NCBI GenBank assembly: GCA_965216785.1 | Contig: OZ244197.1 | Coordinates: forward strand, 96,001 to 160,000 | DNA length: 64,000 nucleotides | Source: Thermodesulfobacteriota bacterium | GTDB taxonomy: Bacteria; Desulfobacterota_D; UBA1144; Nemesobacterales; UBA2774 | Direction: 5' to 3' | In this document: one piece after another, positions 48,184 through 59,112 of the stretch | How positions within the stretch are numbered: position 1 is the first letter of the stretch | Layout of the letters: each line of letters opens with the position of its first letter | Notes under the pieces: model-generated | Told to the model about the DNA's origin: nothing | Database searches by the model: none | What the model saw: the letters and a program-made list of their open reading frames with translations, nothing else | Made by a program: the position numbers and the translations under genes

Positions 48184-49137
48184 ATGACAGACATTTCAAA
48201 GCTAAAAACAAGACATAAAGTGATAATCATGGGCTCGGGTCCCGCGGGTCTGACTGCGGCTCTCTACACGGCGAGAGCTAACCTGGAACCCATAATATTT
48301 GAGGGGCTCGAGGCCGGAGGGCAGCTTACGCTGACCACGGACGTAGAGAACTACCCGGGGTTTCCGGACGGAGTGATGGGTCCTGATCTGATGAACGCTA
48401 TGAGAGCCCAGGCTGTTAAGTTCGGCGCTGTTTCGATAATGGAGGAGATTACCTCTGTCGATCTGAGCGTAAGACCGTTTAAAGTGACCGCAGGTGATAC
48501 GGAGCTAGAGACGGATACTTTTATAATAGCTTCGGGGGCATCGGCTAAGATGCTGGGGCTTGATTCCGAAAAAGAGCTTTTGGGACACGGGGTGTCCACG
48601 TGCGCCACTTGCGACGGGTTCTTCTTTAAAGATAAAGAGCTTATCGTCGTAGGCGGTGGGGACAGCGCTGTAGAAGAGGGAATTTTCCTTACAAAGTTCG
48701 CATCCAGAGTGAACCTCGTGCATAGAAGGGACGAATTAAGAGCCTCCAAGATACTCCAGGACCGTGCTTTCGCGAATGAGAAAATGAATTTCATTTGGGA
48801 CAGCGAAGTAGAAGAAGTGCTCGGCGATAAAGAAGGCGGCGTAAGCGGAGTGAAGATAAAGAACGTAAAGACCGGGGAGGTTACAGAGAAAGAAGCGCAG
48901 GGAGTATTTGTAGCTATCGGTCATAACCCTAACACAACGCTCTTTAAAGGGCAGCTCGAAATGGATGATGTCGGCTATCTGATCACAAAAGCCGGGAGCA
49001 CGGAAACCAACGTGCCCGGCGTATTCGCAGCGGGAGACGTGCAGGATAATAAGTACCGTCAGGCCGTAACGGCTGCCGGGACCGGGTGCATGGCCGCGCT
49101 TGACGCAGAGAAATTTCTCGAAGAGCATGGGGAATAA
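48184..49137 (+). CDS. trxB: Thioredoxin reductase
   Basis: GSGPAG, CATCDG, GGGDSA. Confidence 0.97.
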   Translation: MTDISKLKTRHKVIIMGSGPAGLTAALYTARANLEPIIFEGLEAGGQLTLTTDVENYPGFPDGVMGPDLMNAMRAQAVKFGAVSIMEEITSVDLSVRPFKVTAGDTELETDTFIIASGASAKMLGLDSEKELLGHGVSTCATCDGFFFKDKELIVVGGGDSAVEEGIFLTKFASRVNLVHRRDELRASKILQDRAFANEKMNFIWDSEVEEVLGDKEGGVSGVKIKNVKTGEVTEKEAQGVFVAIGHNPNTTLFKGQLEMDDVGYLITKAGSTETNVPGVFAAGDVQDNKYRQAVTAAGTGCMAALDAEKFLEEHGE

Positions 49138-49228
49138 GACATAGGGATTGCTTTAAGTACCGGTATTTCATTCAATTTGAATCCCGACATACTGTTATAG
49201 AACGGAAATTCTGTCCGGTCTTCCAGTT

Positions 49229-50644
49229 ATGAATAGTCCCAATGAAAACCACACCCTGAATATTACATCCATAGTTTCGGGGATTATACTCCTCGGCCTC
49301 TTCATCATACTTTGGTACATTTCACCACAATTCTCATTAGATATACCTCTTTCCGAGCAGCCTGTAATAATGCTCGTTTCGATCCTGGTCATAGCGGGCG
49401 CTGTATATCTGCTGGCACTCAGAAAGACACTGAAAGCAGCTCTTACTAAGAATTACTTCCTATGGATACTGGCAGTAGGCATTGCGATGAGGGTACTTAT
49501 GATCGTGTCTGTGCCGATCCTCGAAGACGATTACTTCCGCTACCTATGGGACGGAGGGGTGACGGTAAGCGGTGTGAACCCCTACAGCTTCTCACCTGAA
49601 AACGTTTTGGGAAACAACGGTATTCCCGAGAAGCTCGCGGAACTAGCCGGTGAGTCAGGCGGAATCATTGAGAATATAAACAACCCTTCCGTTCGAACAA
49701 TCTATCCGCCAATCGCCCAGGCCGCGTTCGCTCTCTCTTACCTAATCGATCCATTTGGTTTAATAACCTGGAGAATAATACTCCTGGTTTTCGATTTTAT
49801 AACACTCTTGCTATTATTCTACGCCCTTAGGGCAAAGAAGCGGCCATATGCGTATTTAATGATTTACTGGTGGAACCCGCTGCTCGTAAAAGAGATATTC
49901 AACTCGGGCCACCTGGACGTTTTGGTATTTCCTTTTGTTCTGGGCGGACTTTTGCTTGCGTCACAAAACCGACACGTAAGATCCACCCTAAGCTTGGTTA
50001 TAGGGTTCGGGATAAAGCTATGGCCCGCATTCCTGCTGCCTCTCGTGCTGCGCCCCCTACTCTCACAGCCGAGAAGACTTGCCGCGGCTTTACTGTTGAT
50101 GGTGATAATTCTCGGCGCGCTATTCGTACCGGTATATATGTCGGGGCTTGACCAGAGCTCCGGGTTTATCGCTTATGGAGAAAGGTGGCAGAATAACGAT
50201 TCAATTTTCAGAGGGCTTATTCTGATTTCCGAGGTAGCTCTCGATACGCTTGGCTACCAAGCTTTTCACAAATACGTTTTGGCCCGCGTGCTTGTCGCGG
50301 CGCTCATAGCGCTCTGGATAATTTTCATAACCTTCGGCGGTAGATTCAGAGACGTAGATTTATATAAAAAGAGTCTTTTCATCATAGCGTTTGTATTCCT
50401 TCTAAGCCCGACCCAATTTCCTTGGTATTACACGTGGCTTCTACCACTGCTCGCAGTGGCTCCGAGATTCTCTCTGCTTCTGCCGACTCTTCTCCTGCCG
50501 CTTTATTATCTTCGCTATTATTTTGAGCCGATGGGGAGGATAGATATTTTCACTGATCTGGTGGTGTGGGTAGAGTTCGTTCCGGTATGGATATTCATTC
50601 TAATTGAATGGCGCAGGGGTCTTAGTTCCTCTCAATATGACTAG
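49229..50644 (+). CDS. GT-C membrane glycosyltransferase (GT87/DUF2029-like)
   Basis: DDYFRYLWDG, TIYPP, WNP, GHLD, PWY. Confidence 0.85.
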   Translation: MNSPNENHTLNITSIVSGIILLGLFIILWYISPQFSLDIPLSEQPVIMLVSILVIAGAVYLLALRKTLKAALTKNYFLWILAVGIAMRVLMIVSVPILEDDYFRYLWDGGVTVSGVNPYSFSPENVLGNNGIPEKLAELAGESGGIIENINNPSVRTIYPPIAQAAFALSYLIDPFGLITWRIILLVFDFITLLLLFYALRAKKRPYAYLMIYWWNPLLVKEIFNSGHLDVLVFPFVLGGLLLASQNRHVRSTLSLVIGFGIKLWPAFLLPLVLRPLLSQPRRLAAALLLMVIILGALFVPVYMSGLDQSSGFIAYGERWQNNDSIFRGLILISEVALDTLGYQAFHKYVLARVLVAALIALWIIFITFGGRFRDVDLYKKSLFIIAFVFLLSPTQFPWYYTWLLPLLAVAPRFSLLLPTLLLPLYYLRYYFEPMGRIDIFTDLVVWVEFVPVWIFILIEWRRGLSSSQYD

Positions 50645-51432
50645 CGCTTATTTAGACGCTCTAATAAATCAGGGAGCACCTTTTCCGCGGCTTGGATTCC
50701 ACACTCTATAATCTCTTGTCCACGGTGAAAATCCATGACTTTAACATGAGATACCCTCGGCTCTATTAATATATCGGGAGGATCCTTCTCGTAGCGGAAC
50801 TGATTGATGCGCCTCTGCGCGATGATGGAGCTCCTCTGGACTATCTCCACGATCGACCAGTTCCCTTCTTCCTGGTCAGTGGAGTTTGATATATCCGCGA
50901 GAAGATCTACGGCTATTACCACACGGGCCCCTAACGCTCGAGCGGCCGCTACGGGGACAGACTCGAGGATGCCGCCGTCAACCAGGATCTTGTCTTCATA
51001 AATTACAGGTTTAAACAGACCCGGGATCGAGACGCTTGCGTGCACAGCTCTTCGCAAGTCGCCTTTTGTAAAGGTTATCACTTCAGCTTTTTTAAGATCG
51101 ACAGAGAGGGCGGCAAAAGGTTTTTTGAGCTCTTCAATGTTCGTCTCGGGAACAAAATCGTTAAGGAGCTTTTCAATGTAGTCGCCGGTAAAAATCCCCA
51201 TTGCCGGCCAGCTGGGTCCGAGACGCAGCGCAAGCTCGGCACGGCTTACGTTGGCCGCATATTCCTCGAATCTTTCAATACTACCCGAAGCGTAAACCAC
51301 CCCCACAAGCGCGCCGATGCTCGTTCCGGTCACGATGTCGCAGTCTATGCCCGCTTCCCTGAGCACTCTAAGCACTCCTAGATGCGCAAACCCCTTAGCC
51401 CCGCCGCCGCCGAGAGCTAAACCTATCTTCAT
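50641..51432 (-). CDS. Patatin-like phospholipase
   Basis: GGGGAKG, GTSIG, DGG. Confidence 0.93.
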   Translation of the reverse strand: MKIGLALGGGGAKGFAHLGVLRVLREAGIDCDIVTGTSIGALVGVVYASGSIERFEEYAANVSRAELALRLGPSWPAMGIFTGDYIEKLLNDFVPETNIEELKKPFAALSVDLKKAEVITFTKGDLRRAVHASVSIPGLFKPVIYEDKILVDGGILESVPVAAARALGARVVIAVDLLADISNSTDQEEGNWSIVEIVQRSSIIAQRRINQFRYEKDPPDILIEPRVSHVKVMDFHRGQEIIECGIQAAEKVLPDLLERLNKR

Positions 51433-51469
51433 CTGAACTCCCGGAACATCTTGGTCGATATCAGCATAA

Positions 51470-52636
51470 TTAAAACGAGTCGAAAAATTTTTTTATATAA
51501 CCTGTAAGCTCTCGGTATTCGAGTAAAAACGAGTCGTGTCCGTAGGGAGAGTCTATATCATAGTAATCAAGGTCTACACCGTTTGCCGTGAGCGCATCCA
51601 CAATCTCCTTTGACTGATATGTGGGGAACAGCCAGTCCGAGGTAAAGGATGAGACAAACACTTTTTTGCACTTTATTCTGGAAAAGGATTCCATGAGATC
51701 CTCATAGCCTTCAGCGGCGTCGTAGATATCGATCGCGCGCATGACGTAAATGTAGCTGTTGGCGTCGAACCTATCGACGAACTTCTCGCCCTGATACTCG
51801 AGATAGTTCTCGATATCGAACTTACTGTCGAGACGCTTTTTCATATTTTCGGGGTCAGAGTGCTTTCTGCCGAATTTCTCCCAAAGCCACCCGTGATTGA
51901 GATAGGTGATGTGACCGATCATCCTAGCAATGGCGAGACCGTTTCGGGGCAGCTTGCGCCCGTAGTAGTGCCCTCCGTTCCAGTTGGGATCGTCGATAAT
52001 AGCCCTTACACCCACCTTGTGTATGGCAATGGACTGCGGGTTGGAATTGGCGCCGGAAGCTATGAGAGCAATGGACTCGACAAGCTCAGGATACAGAAGC
52101 GCCCACTCAATTGCCTGCATCCCGCCCATCGACCCCCCGATTACGCATTTAATGCCCTTGATGCCAAGGTGATCTATGAGGCTTTTCTGCACCCGCACCA
52201 TATCGCGAATCGTGACTACGGGGAATGTTTGTCCGTACTCTTTACCGGTCTCAGGATTTATTGACGAGGGACCTGTCGTGCCGTAGCAGCTCCCGAGAAT
52301 ATTTGAGCACACTACAAAATATTTATCGGTATCAAACGCCCGGCCCGGCCCGATCATCACGTCCCACCACCCGGGGTATTTGTCATCGGAATTGTGCCTT
52401 CCGGCCGCATGAGCGTTGGCGGTGAGCGCGTGCTCTATCAGGAGTACATTGTCCCCGGCATCGTTAAGCTCGCCATAAGTTTCATACGCAACCGTTATAG
52501 GCCCAAGCTCGCTCCCGTTATCCAGGACGAGCCTGTCCGGAGGCTCGGCGAAAGTATAGAACTCTGTCCAAACCAGCCCCACCGAGCCTTCTTTAATGTT
52601 GACAACAGGATTTTCGCCTAGTTGCCTCTGTGTCAT
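51470..52636 (-). CDS. metX: Homoserine O-acetyltransferase
   Basis: HALT, GGSMGG, FDANSY, GHDSFL; ATGA overlap with metY. Confidence 0.93.
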   Translation of the reverse strand: MTQRQLGENPVVNIKEGSVGLVWTEFYTFAEPPDRLVLDNGSELGPITVAYETYGELNDAGDNVLLIEHALTANAHAAGRHNSDDKYPGWWDVMIGPGRAFDTDKYFVVCSNILGSCYGTTGPSSINPETGKEYGQTFPVVTIRDMVRVQKSLIDHLGIKGIKCVIGGSMGGMQAIEWALLYPELVESIALIASGANSNPQSIAIHKVGVRAIIDDPNWNGGHYYGRKLPRNGLAIARMIGHITYLNHGWLWEKFGRKHSDPENMKKRLDSKFDIENYLEYQGEKFVDRFDANSYIYVMRAIDIYDAAEGYEDLMESFSRIKCKKVFVSSFTSDWLFPTYQSKEIVDALTANGVDLDYYDIDSPYGHDSFLLEYRELTGYIKKFFDSF

Positions 52637-53928
52637 GCCTTCGCCTTTTGAGAGGCCGCGAGAGCCTGGTCCAAGTCCCATATGAGATCATCCAGGTTCT
52701 CAAGACCAAGTGAGATACGAACCATCTCGGGTGTAACGCCTGCTAATTTTTGCTCTTCTTCGTTTAACTGACGGTGAGTCGTAGATGAGGGGTGTGCAAT
52801 AAGAGACTTCGCATCACCAACGTTTACAAGGTGGCTGAACAGCTCTACGCTGTCAATCAGTTTACGCCCGGCATCCATGCCTCCCTTGACTCCGAACGTG
52901 AACACCGAGCCCGGCCCCTTGGGAAGGTATTTATCTGCTAATTCTTTGTAAGGACTGTCCGGAAGACCCGAATAGTGAACCCATGTCACAGCCGGGTGAT
53001 CTTTTAAGAACTTGGCTACTTCCAGAGCGTTATGACAGTGCCTGTCCATCCTGAGAGGAAGTGTCTCAAGCCCCTGTAGGAACAGGAAGGAATTAAACGG
53101 GCTTAGAGCCTGACCGTGGGTTCTGAGAATTTCGACCCTGGCCCTGACTGAGTAGGCAAAGTTCCCGAAGGTCTCATAAAACTTTATACCGTGATAGCCT
53201 TTTGAGGGCTCTGTCATGCAGGGGAAATTACCGTTATCCCAGGGGAAATTGCCCGATTCAACAATTACTCCGCCAATTGACGTCCCGTGGCCGCAAATGA
53301 ATTTTGTGGCTGAGTTTACAACAATATCGGCGCCGTATTCTATGGGCTTACATAGATACGGTGTTGCAAAAGTGTTATCTATGATAAGTGGAAGTCCAGC
53401 GTCGTGGGCTATCTTGGCAACAGCTTCGATGTCGAGGATATTTCCAAGCGGGTTACTAATGGTCTCAGCGTATAAAGCTCTTGTTTTGTCTGTTATAGCT
53501 TTTTTAAAGTTCTCGGGATCCTCGGGATCTACGAACGTGACGTTAATACCAAGATCTCTAAGGTTCACATCGAACTGAGTGAACGTGCCTCCGTACAGAG
53601 TGCTTGAAGAAACGATCTCGTGGCCTGTTTGCATGATATTCAGGATTGAGGTCATCTGGGCGGCCATGCCCGAGCTTAGCGCGAGCGCCGCCGTGCCACC
53701 TTCGAGCGCCGCCATTCTTTCTTCGAACACGGCATTGGTGGGATTCATGATCCGGGTGTAAATGTTCCCGAACGCTTCAAGGTTAAAAAGACTTGCCGCG
53801 TGATCCGCGCTATCGAACACATACGCCGTAGTCTGGTGAATCGGCACCGCGCGCGACCCTGTTGAAGGATCGGGCAGCTGCCCCGCATGTACACACTGTG
53901 TATCGAATCCGAATTTTCTCTCTGACAT
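52633..53928 (-). CDS. metY: O-acetylhomoserine sulfhydrylase
   Basis: YTRIMNPT, DNTFATP, SATKF. Confidence 0.93.
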   Translation of the reverse strand: MSERKFGFDTQCVHAGQLPDPSTGSRAVPIHQTTAYVFDSADHAASLFNLEAFGNIYTRIMNPTNAVFEERMAALEGGTAALALSSGMAAQMTSILNIMQTGHEIVSSSTLYGGTFTQFDVNLRDLGINVTFVDPEDPENFKKAITDKTRALYAETISNPLGNILDIEAVAKIAHDAGLPLIIDNTFATPYLCKPIEYGADIVVNSATKFICGHGTSIGGVIVESGNFPWDNGNFPCMTEPSKGYHGIKFYETFGNFAYSVRARVEILRTHGQALSPFNSFLFLQGLETLPLRMDRHCHNALEVAKFLKDHPAVTWVHYSGLPDSPYKELADKYLPKGPGSVFTFGVKGGMDAGRKLIDSVELFSHLVNVGDAKSLIAHPSSTTHRQLNEEEQKLAGVTPEMVRISLGLENLDDLIWDLDQALAASQKAKA

Positions 53929-53954
53929 TCTACTCCCTCCTAATAAATTGGTAT

Positions 53955-54428
53955 CTATAGTTTTTTTGACGATATTAGATTTCTATTTACTCCCAGAAAA
54001 TTAATCCCGCCGAAAAGCCTTCCGTGCTCTATTTTAACACAGCGGTTCATAACTACCTCAAGTCCAGCTTGCCGCGCTCTTTCGGCAGCTTCCTCATTTA
54101 TAACTCCAAGCTGCATCCATACGACTTTGGCACCGATTGTAATGGCGTCCTCAACGATCGGCGGAACATCCTGAGGTCGCCTGAAAATATCCACGATATC
54201 GACAGGTCCCGGAATATCAAGGAGACTAGGGTAGCATATTTCACCCAATATTTCCTTATATGAAGGATTTACCGGGATAATTTTATAACCGAATCCCTTC
54301 ATATATTTCGCAGCGAAGCGGCTGGGTCTATTCCAGTTGTTCGAAAGCCCTACGACCGCAATAGTCTTATTCTGTTTTAATATACGCCTGATCGTGTTGT
54401 CGTCATATGAAACTTTGTCACCCATCAC
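53955..54428 (-). CDS. CoA-binding protein (YccU-like)
   Basis: IAVVGLS, IPVNP, WMQLG. Confidence 0.92.
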   Translation of the reverse strand: MMGDKVSYDDNTIRRILKQNKTIAVVGLSNNWNRPSRFAAKYMKGFGYKIIPVNPSYKEILGEICYPSLLDIPGPVDIVDIFRRPQDVPPIVEDAITIGAKVVWMQLGVINEEAAERARQAGLEVVMNRCVKIEHGRLFGGINFLGVNRNLISSKKL

Positions 54429-54467
54429 TATAATTTACCCCAGATGCCGCTTTAACTGCAATACTCA

Positions 54468-54496
54468 TTGACTTTAGAGGGCGCTTTACCTATTCT
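54468..54496 (+). promoter_or_regulatory. Putative sigma70 promoter for P450 (near-leaderless)
   Basis: TTGACT-17-TATTCT. Confidence 0.45.
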
Positions 54497-54506
54497 TGAA
54501 ATGGTC

Positions 54507-55877
54507 ATGGAAGCTGCCTATAAAGATTACAGGGAGAAGCAGCCGTTCTTCCCGCCGGGCCCGAAGGGGCTGCCTTTTGCGGGCTCAATGTTTGACTACT
54601 TCAAGGATATGCTCGGGTTCCTGATAAGAGTAAAAGAGGAATACGGGGATATAGCCTATTACAAGCTCGGCGCTAGAAAGATGTACTTACTCAGTAACCC
54701 TGAGCACATTAAAGACGTGCTGATTACCCATAACCGTAATTTTACAAAAAGCAGAGCTCTTCAGAGGGCAAAAATTGTGCTCGGAGAGGGGCTTCTGACA
54801 AACGAAGGCGCTTCTCACATTAAACAGAGAAGAATTATTCAGCCTATTTTTCATCATAAGAGAATACGCGGTTACGGGGATACGATGGCCGAGTACACGC
54901 GTCTGCGGACAGAGCGATGGGAAAACGGAGAGGTGCTGGACGTGCATAAAGAGATGATGCGTCTAACGCTCACGATAGTCGCGAAAACCCTTTTCGACGC
55001 AGACGTAGAGTCTGAGTCAGAGGAGATAGGGAAGTCGCTAACAAACCTGGTAACCCTGTTTCCGAGGCTTTTGTTCCCCTACTCGGAGTATCTGGATAAG
55101 CTGCCTCTTCCTGGGAATAAAAGATGTAACGACGCAATCGAACACCTGGATAAGATAATCTACGCAATGATAGAGGAGAGACGCAGCAAAAGCAATAGGC
55201 GAGAAGACCTTCTTACCATGCTGCTTGAAGCTCAGGACGAAGGCAGCGATGGCTCTACCATGAGTAATAAGCAGCTAAGGGATGAGGCGCTTACGTTATT
55301 TCTGGCGGGACAGGAAAGCACGGCGAACTCTCTTACATGGACTTTTTATCTCATTGCTCAGAACCCAGAAGTAGAAAACAGGGTGCATGAAGAGCTCGTA
55401 AGCGTTTTAAACGGCAGGCCCCCTTGTCTTGATAACATTGGCAAACTCTCATATACACAGAAAGTTTTTAAGGAGGCTCTCAGGCTATATCCACCCGCTT
55501 GGGCAGTCGCCAGAAGAGCGATAGAGGACTATACGGTCGGAGGGTACTTCGTGCCGGCAGGGACAGACGTATTTATGAGTCAATTTGTCGTGCACAGGGA
55601 CCCAAGGTTCTATAAGGAGCCCCTAAGGTTCGATCCGGACAGATGGACCCAGGATTTTGAGTCCTCTCTTCCTAAATTCGCCTATTTCCCCTTCGGAGGA
55701 GGGCCGAGGCGGTGTATTGGAGAGCCGTTTGCGTGGATGGAAGGGGTGATAATAATAGCCGCAGTAATGGCCGATTGGAAAATGCGGCTTGTGCCCAATC
55801 AGAAAATCGTACCTGACGCGCTTATAACGATACGTCCTAAGAACGGGATGAAGATGATAGTTGAAAAAAGGGCATGA
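54507..55877 (+). CDS. Cytochrome P450
   Basis: [20 protein letters not shown] heme motif. Confidence 0.95.
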   Translation: MEAAYKDYREKQPFFPPGPKGLPFAGSMFDYFKDMLGFLIRVKEEYGDIAYYKLGARKMYLLSNPEHIKDVLITHNRNFTKSRALQRAKIVLGEGLLTNEGASHIKQRRIIQPIFHHKRIRGYGDTMAEYTRLRTERWENGEVLDVHKEMMRLTLTIVAKTLFDADVESESEEIGKSLTNLVTLFPRLLFPYSEYLDKLPLPGNKRCNDAIEHLDKIIYAMIEERRSKSNRREDLLTMLLEAQDEGSDGSTMSNKQLRDEALTLFLAGQESTANSLTWTFYLIAQNPEVENRVHEELVSVLNGRPPCLDNIGKLSYTQKVFKEALRLYPPAWAVARRAIEDYTVGGYFVPAGTDVFMSQFVVHRDPRFYKEPLRFDPDRWTQDFESSLPKFAYFPFGGGPRRCIGEPFAWMEGVIIIAAVMADWKMRLVPNQKIVPDALITIRPKNGMKMIVEKRA

Positions 55878-56690
55878 CTACTTCCTGTTTTCATCCATAT
55901 AGCTAAAGTATTCAATCAGGTTATTTAGATCGCTCTCCGAGAGATCGGGGTGATCTGGCATTTGGGTGTAGCGATATTTCGAGGGCTCCTTGATAAGCTC
56001 TTTTATCATAAACTCCGAGCGGTAGGAGACGATGCTCCGGGGCGCGTTTAGGTCGGGGCCGATTTTCCCGCCCTCTCTATTCATAGCGTGGCACCTGACG
56101 CAGCGCCCTTTAAAAATCTCAAACCCCTTATACGCGCCAGAGCTTAAACCCGCACCCTCAGGATATACGAGCGGATAAGCGTCTTTAAAACTTATTAGGC
56201 TCATCTTTGCTAATTGCCAAGGCCAGGGATATTCATTTGCCGTAGTCTGATCCTCTCCGGTCCATACGACATAGAAAGGGCCCGGATAGGCTTTCTTATC
56301 GTCTATTAGCTCCCATCCTTCCTGATCGAGATCCTCAAAGACTACATATCCGCCGGGCTCGTTCAATTTTGAAGTTGCCGTCACACTCTCATAGCCGTCC
56401 AGCGCTATAAACGCCATATCCGTATAGTCAGGGCTCTTCCATTTATCGCCGAAGCCAAGAGTGGCCACATCTGCAAGCGAAAAGCCCCGGTATTTCTTTT
56501 TCTTACCGAAGTTTGGATGGAAAAACTCTATTTCGTAGACTTTGAGATTAGATTTCATTTCAGAGAGGGTCAATTGCTTAACCACTTGATTTGATACCTG
56601 AAAAAGGAGAGATGGGTTTTGCTCTCCGGCCATCCCAATGGGAGTAAATGAGAATATCAGCAGTAAAACCGCAAATAGATAATCTGTCAT
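55878..56690 (-). CDS. Periplasmic monoheme cytochrome c with N-terminal extra domain
   Basis: Signal peptide, ALDGY/GPFY/PWPWQL, CVRCH. Confidence 0.85.
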   Translation of the reverse strand: MTDYLFAVLLLIFSFTPIGMAGEQNPSLLFQVSNQVVKQLTLSEMKSNLKVYEIEFFHPNFGKKKKYRGFSLADVATLGFGDKWKSPDYTDMAFIALDGYESVTATSKLNEPGGYVVFEDLDQEGWELIDDKKAYPGPFYVVWTGEDQTTANEYPWPWQLAKMSLISFKDAYPLVYPEGAGLSSGAYKGFEIFKGRCVRCHAMNREGGKIGPDLNAPRSIVSYRSEFMIKELIKEPSKYRYTQMPDHPDLSESDLNNLIEYFSYMDENRK

Positions 56691-56714
56691 TTCTTAAGTT
56701 AATATCCCGGAAAA

Positions 56715-56954
56715 TCAATCAGCCGAATTATTCCCGGTATAGTTGGTAATGTATTCGCTTTGATCTGCGTAACCCGAGTCTCCCGTTAGCCCTGTACCCA
56801 CAGTATTGTTAGAGGATTCTTCGCTTCTGTCGGTGACGCAGTTTTTCACCAAGAGCGCTAACATGATAACTGCGATGATTACGAGAATAAGACTTGCTAT
56901 GTTTTTAGGGTTACGGGGTTTTCGCTTTTCGCCACTTTCACCTGAGTCGGTCAC
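56715..56954 (-). CDS. Hypothetical single-TM protein
   Basis: 79 aa, AGAGGA RBS. Confidence 0.55.
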   Translation of the reverse strand: MTDSGESGEKRKPRNPKNIASLILVIIAVIMLALLVKNCVTDRSEESSNNTVGTGLTGDSGYADQSEYITNYTGNNSAD

Positions 56955-57083
56955 TGATTATCCTCTTTAATTTTTAGCTTGGGAATGAGTATTATATCGG
57001 TATTTGAGAGGAAATAGGAGAGTTTGAATAAAATTAAAACTCCCGCATACTAATTTCTAATAACTGAACTTCAAAGACTAACC

Positions 57084-57848
57084 ATGAAACTTAAAGATAA
57101 GAGAGCGATAATTACGGGGGGCGGGACGGGTATCGGAAAAGCAACGGCGCTCCTGTTCGCAAGAGAAGGCGCGAGTGTAGTAATTACCGGTAGGACCGAA
57201 AAAACACTGGCTGAAGCTGCAGGTGAGGCAAAAAGAGAGAACCTCGAGATAGATTATCTAGTCTCGGACATCACAAATGAAAAAGATTGTAAAGATGCCG
57301 TTGACTATATGGTAGAGAGCTTCGGACGCCTAGACATACTGTTTAATAACGCAGGAGTTTCATACCAAGGCAATACGCATGAAACCGAGACCCAGATGTG
57401 GGATGAGACCTTTGATATTAACATAAAAGGCACTTTCCTTATGTCAAAGCACGCAATCCCTTACATGCTCGAGCAGGGCTACGGCTGCATAGTGAATAAC
57501 TCATCCATACTTGGGCTCAAGGCATCTACAGCCGGGTTTGCCGCCTATGCGGCGTCCAAAGGAGCCGTGAACCAGCTAACACGCAGTATGGCGCTCGAGT
57601 ACGCTGACAAAGGAATACGTGTGAACTGTATCTGCCCCGGAACTATCTACACACCGATGATGGACGAGCTGTTCGAAAAGTGGGGTGATAGAGAAATAGC
57701 TGAAAAGCGATTTATCTCTGTACATCCTATTGGAAGGCTGGCCGAGCCTGAAGAAATTGCGCACTCTGTGCTGTTTCTTTGTGACGATAACGTCGGATTT
57801 ATGACCGGGGCCATGATCTCTGTGGACGGGGGTATGAGCGCTAAGTAA
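57084..57848 (+). CDS. Short-chain dehydrogenase/reductase
   Basis: TGGGTGIG, NNAG, YAASK. Confidence 0.95.
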   Translation: MKLKDKRAIITGGGTGIGKATALLFAREGASVVITGRTEKTLAEAAGEAKRENLEIDYLVSDITNEKDCKDAVDYMVESFGRLDILFNNAGVSYQGNTHETETQMWDETFDINIKGTFLMSKHAIPYMLEQGYGCIVNNSSILGLKASTAGFAAYAASKGAVNQLTRSMALEYADKGIRVNCICPGTIYTPMMDELFEKWGDREIAEKRFISVHPIGRLAEPEEIAHSVLFLCDDNVGFMTGAMISVDGGMSAK

Positions 57849-57944
57849 CATTTAGGCTGCCTAACTAATTTATTACTTCTTTCTCTTTATTTATACTACT
57901 TAACCCGGTATGTTTTTTTGAAAAAAAGAAGGGGGATACATAAA

Positions 57945-58757
57945 ATGAACGAGAAGGATATAGGAGTTGATTACTCTGTACTTCACCAGATAGACAGCCC
58001 TGCGAACAGGCTGATAAGGGATTCGATTTGGGGGAAAGAAAATGACATCGGTCAGCAGTCTTTTATAACGCCGCGCTATCTGGACGCGCTTATCGAAAGG
58101 TGCGGTATTAATGAGAACACTTACCTTTATGACGTAGGCACCGGAGTGGGCGGCCCCGCAATATATATAGCCAACAAGACCGGGTGCAGAGTTGCCGGCG
58201 TTGACGTGGCAGAAGTCGGGATTGAGATGGCGGAGAAGCTCGCAAAAGCCTCTAACCTTAGGAGCAGAACAGAGTTTCATCTGACAGACGCTATGAACAC
58301 GCCTTTTGAGGAGGATACGTTTGACGTAGCCATGAGCTTAAACGTGATGAACGTTTTTGAGGACAAGGTCGGTCTCTTTAAAGAGGTCCTTAGAGTACTT
58401 AAGCCCGGAGGTATTTGGGCTTTTCTGAGCGGAACGTTCGATATGCCGGACGACCCGGAAGTAAAAAGGAAAATGGCGCGGGGTTATCTGATACCTCAGT
58501 ACTACGATTCACTCCCCTCGTACCGCCGCATGCTGAAAGAAGCTGGGTTTGAGGTTGAGGAGATAATCGAGTATGTCTCTGACTTTAGGGTACAGAACAA
58601 GAAATGGGGCGACGCCTATAAAAAGCACTATGACATAATTTCTGAGGAACAGGGAAAAGAGAACACCGATTATCACATTGAGTATTTCGATACATACCTG
58701 AGCCTGATTGACGTGGGCAAAGCCGCAAATCATCTGTTAATATCGAGAAAGCCCTAG
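57945..58757 (+). CDS. Class I SAM-dependent methyltransferase
   Basis: DVGTGVGG, RVLKPGG. Confidence 0.9.
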   Translation: MNEKDIGVDYSVLHQIDSPANRLIRDSIWGKENDIGQQSFITPRYLDALIERCGINENTYLYDVGTGVGGPAIYIANKTGCRVAGVDVAEVGIEMAEKLAKASNLRSRTEFHLTDAMNTPFEEDTFDVAMSLNVMNVFEDKVGLFKEVLRVLKPGGIWAFLSGTFDMPDDPEVKRKMARGYLIPQYYDSLPSYRRMLKEAGFEVEEIIEYVSDFRVQNKKWGDAYKKHYDIISEEQGKENTDYHIEYFDTYLSLIDVGKAANHLLISRKP

Positions 58758-58945
58758 AGCACAGGGAACGGTTCTGTTCTTAATACAACTGTCGATTTCT
58801 TAACCAGATAGAGCACTGAAAGTAAGACTATCGTATTAATACTTTAGTTTTATGTAATCTCAAAACTTCAACCTTTTTTAGTGTGGGAAATTAAATCTTG
58901 ATAAGGTAATGTAGAATCGACTAATATAATAAGCAGAGGACGAAA

Positions 58946-59026
58946 ATGAAAAAAAGTTATGGATATTCTGACTTAGCTTTGTTTACGATAATAATTGCCG
59001 GAATAGTCCTCTTTTTGTTTTCATAA
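58946..59026 (+). CDS. Putative 26-aa single-TM small protein
   Basis: GAGGA RBS, MKKSYGYSDLALFTIIIAGIVLFLFS, followed by terminator. Confidence 0.45.
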   Translation: MKKSYGYSDLALFTIIIAGIVLFLFS

Positions 59027-59071
59027 AATTTGTAATATCAGCTTAACTACATCTTGCCTTTTGCTTCTCTT

Positions 59072-59112
59072 AACCCTCCTACTTCCTCCTCAGGATTTAG
59101 GAGGGTTTTTTT
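59072..59112 (+). terminator. Intrinsic terminator
   Basis: AACCCTCCTA...TAGGAGGGTT followed by T-run. Confidence 0.7.

Noticed and set aside
33862-49137. Novelty in cox, mre and trxB region
   Set aside because: Ordinary housekeeping operons with canonical motifs
53929-54467. SAM riboswitch for metY-metX
   Set aside because: Intergenic spaces are too short and lack SAM-I motifs
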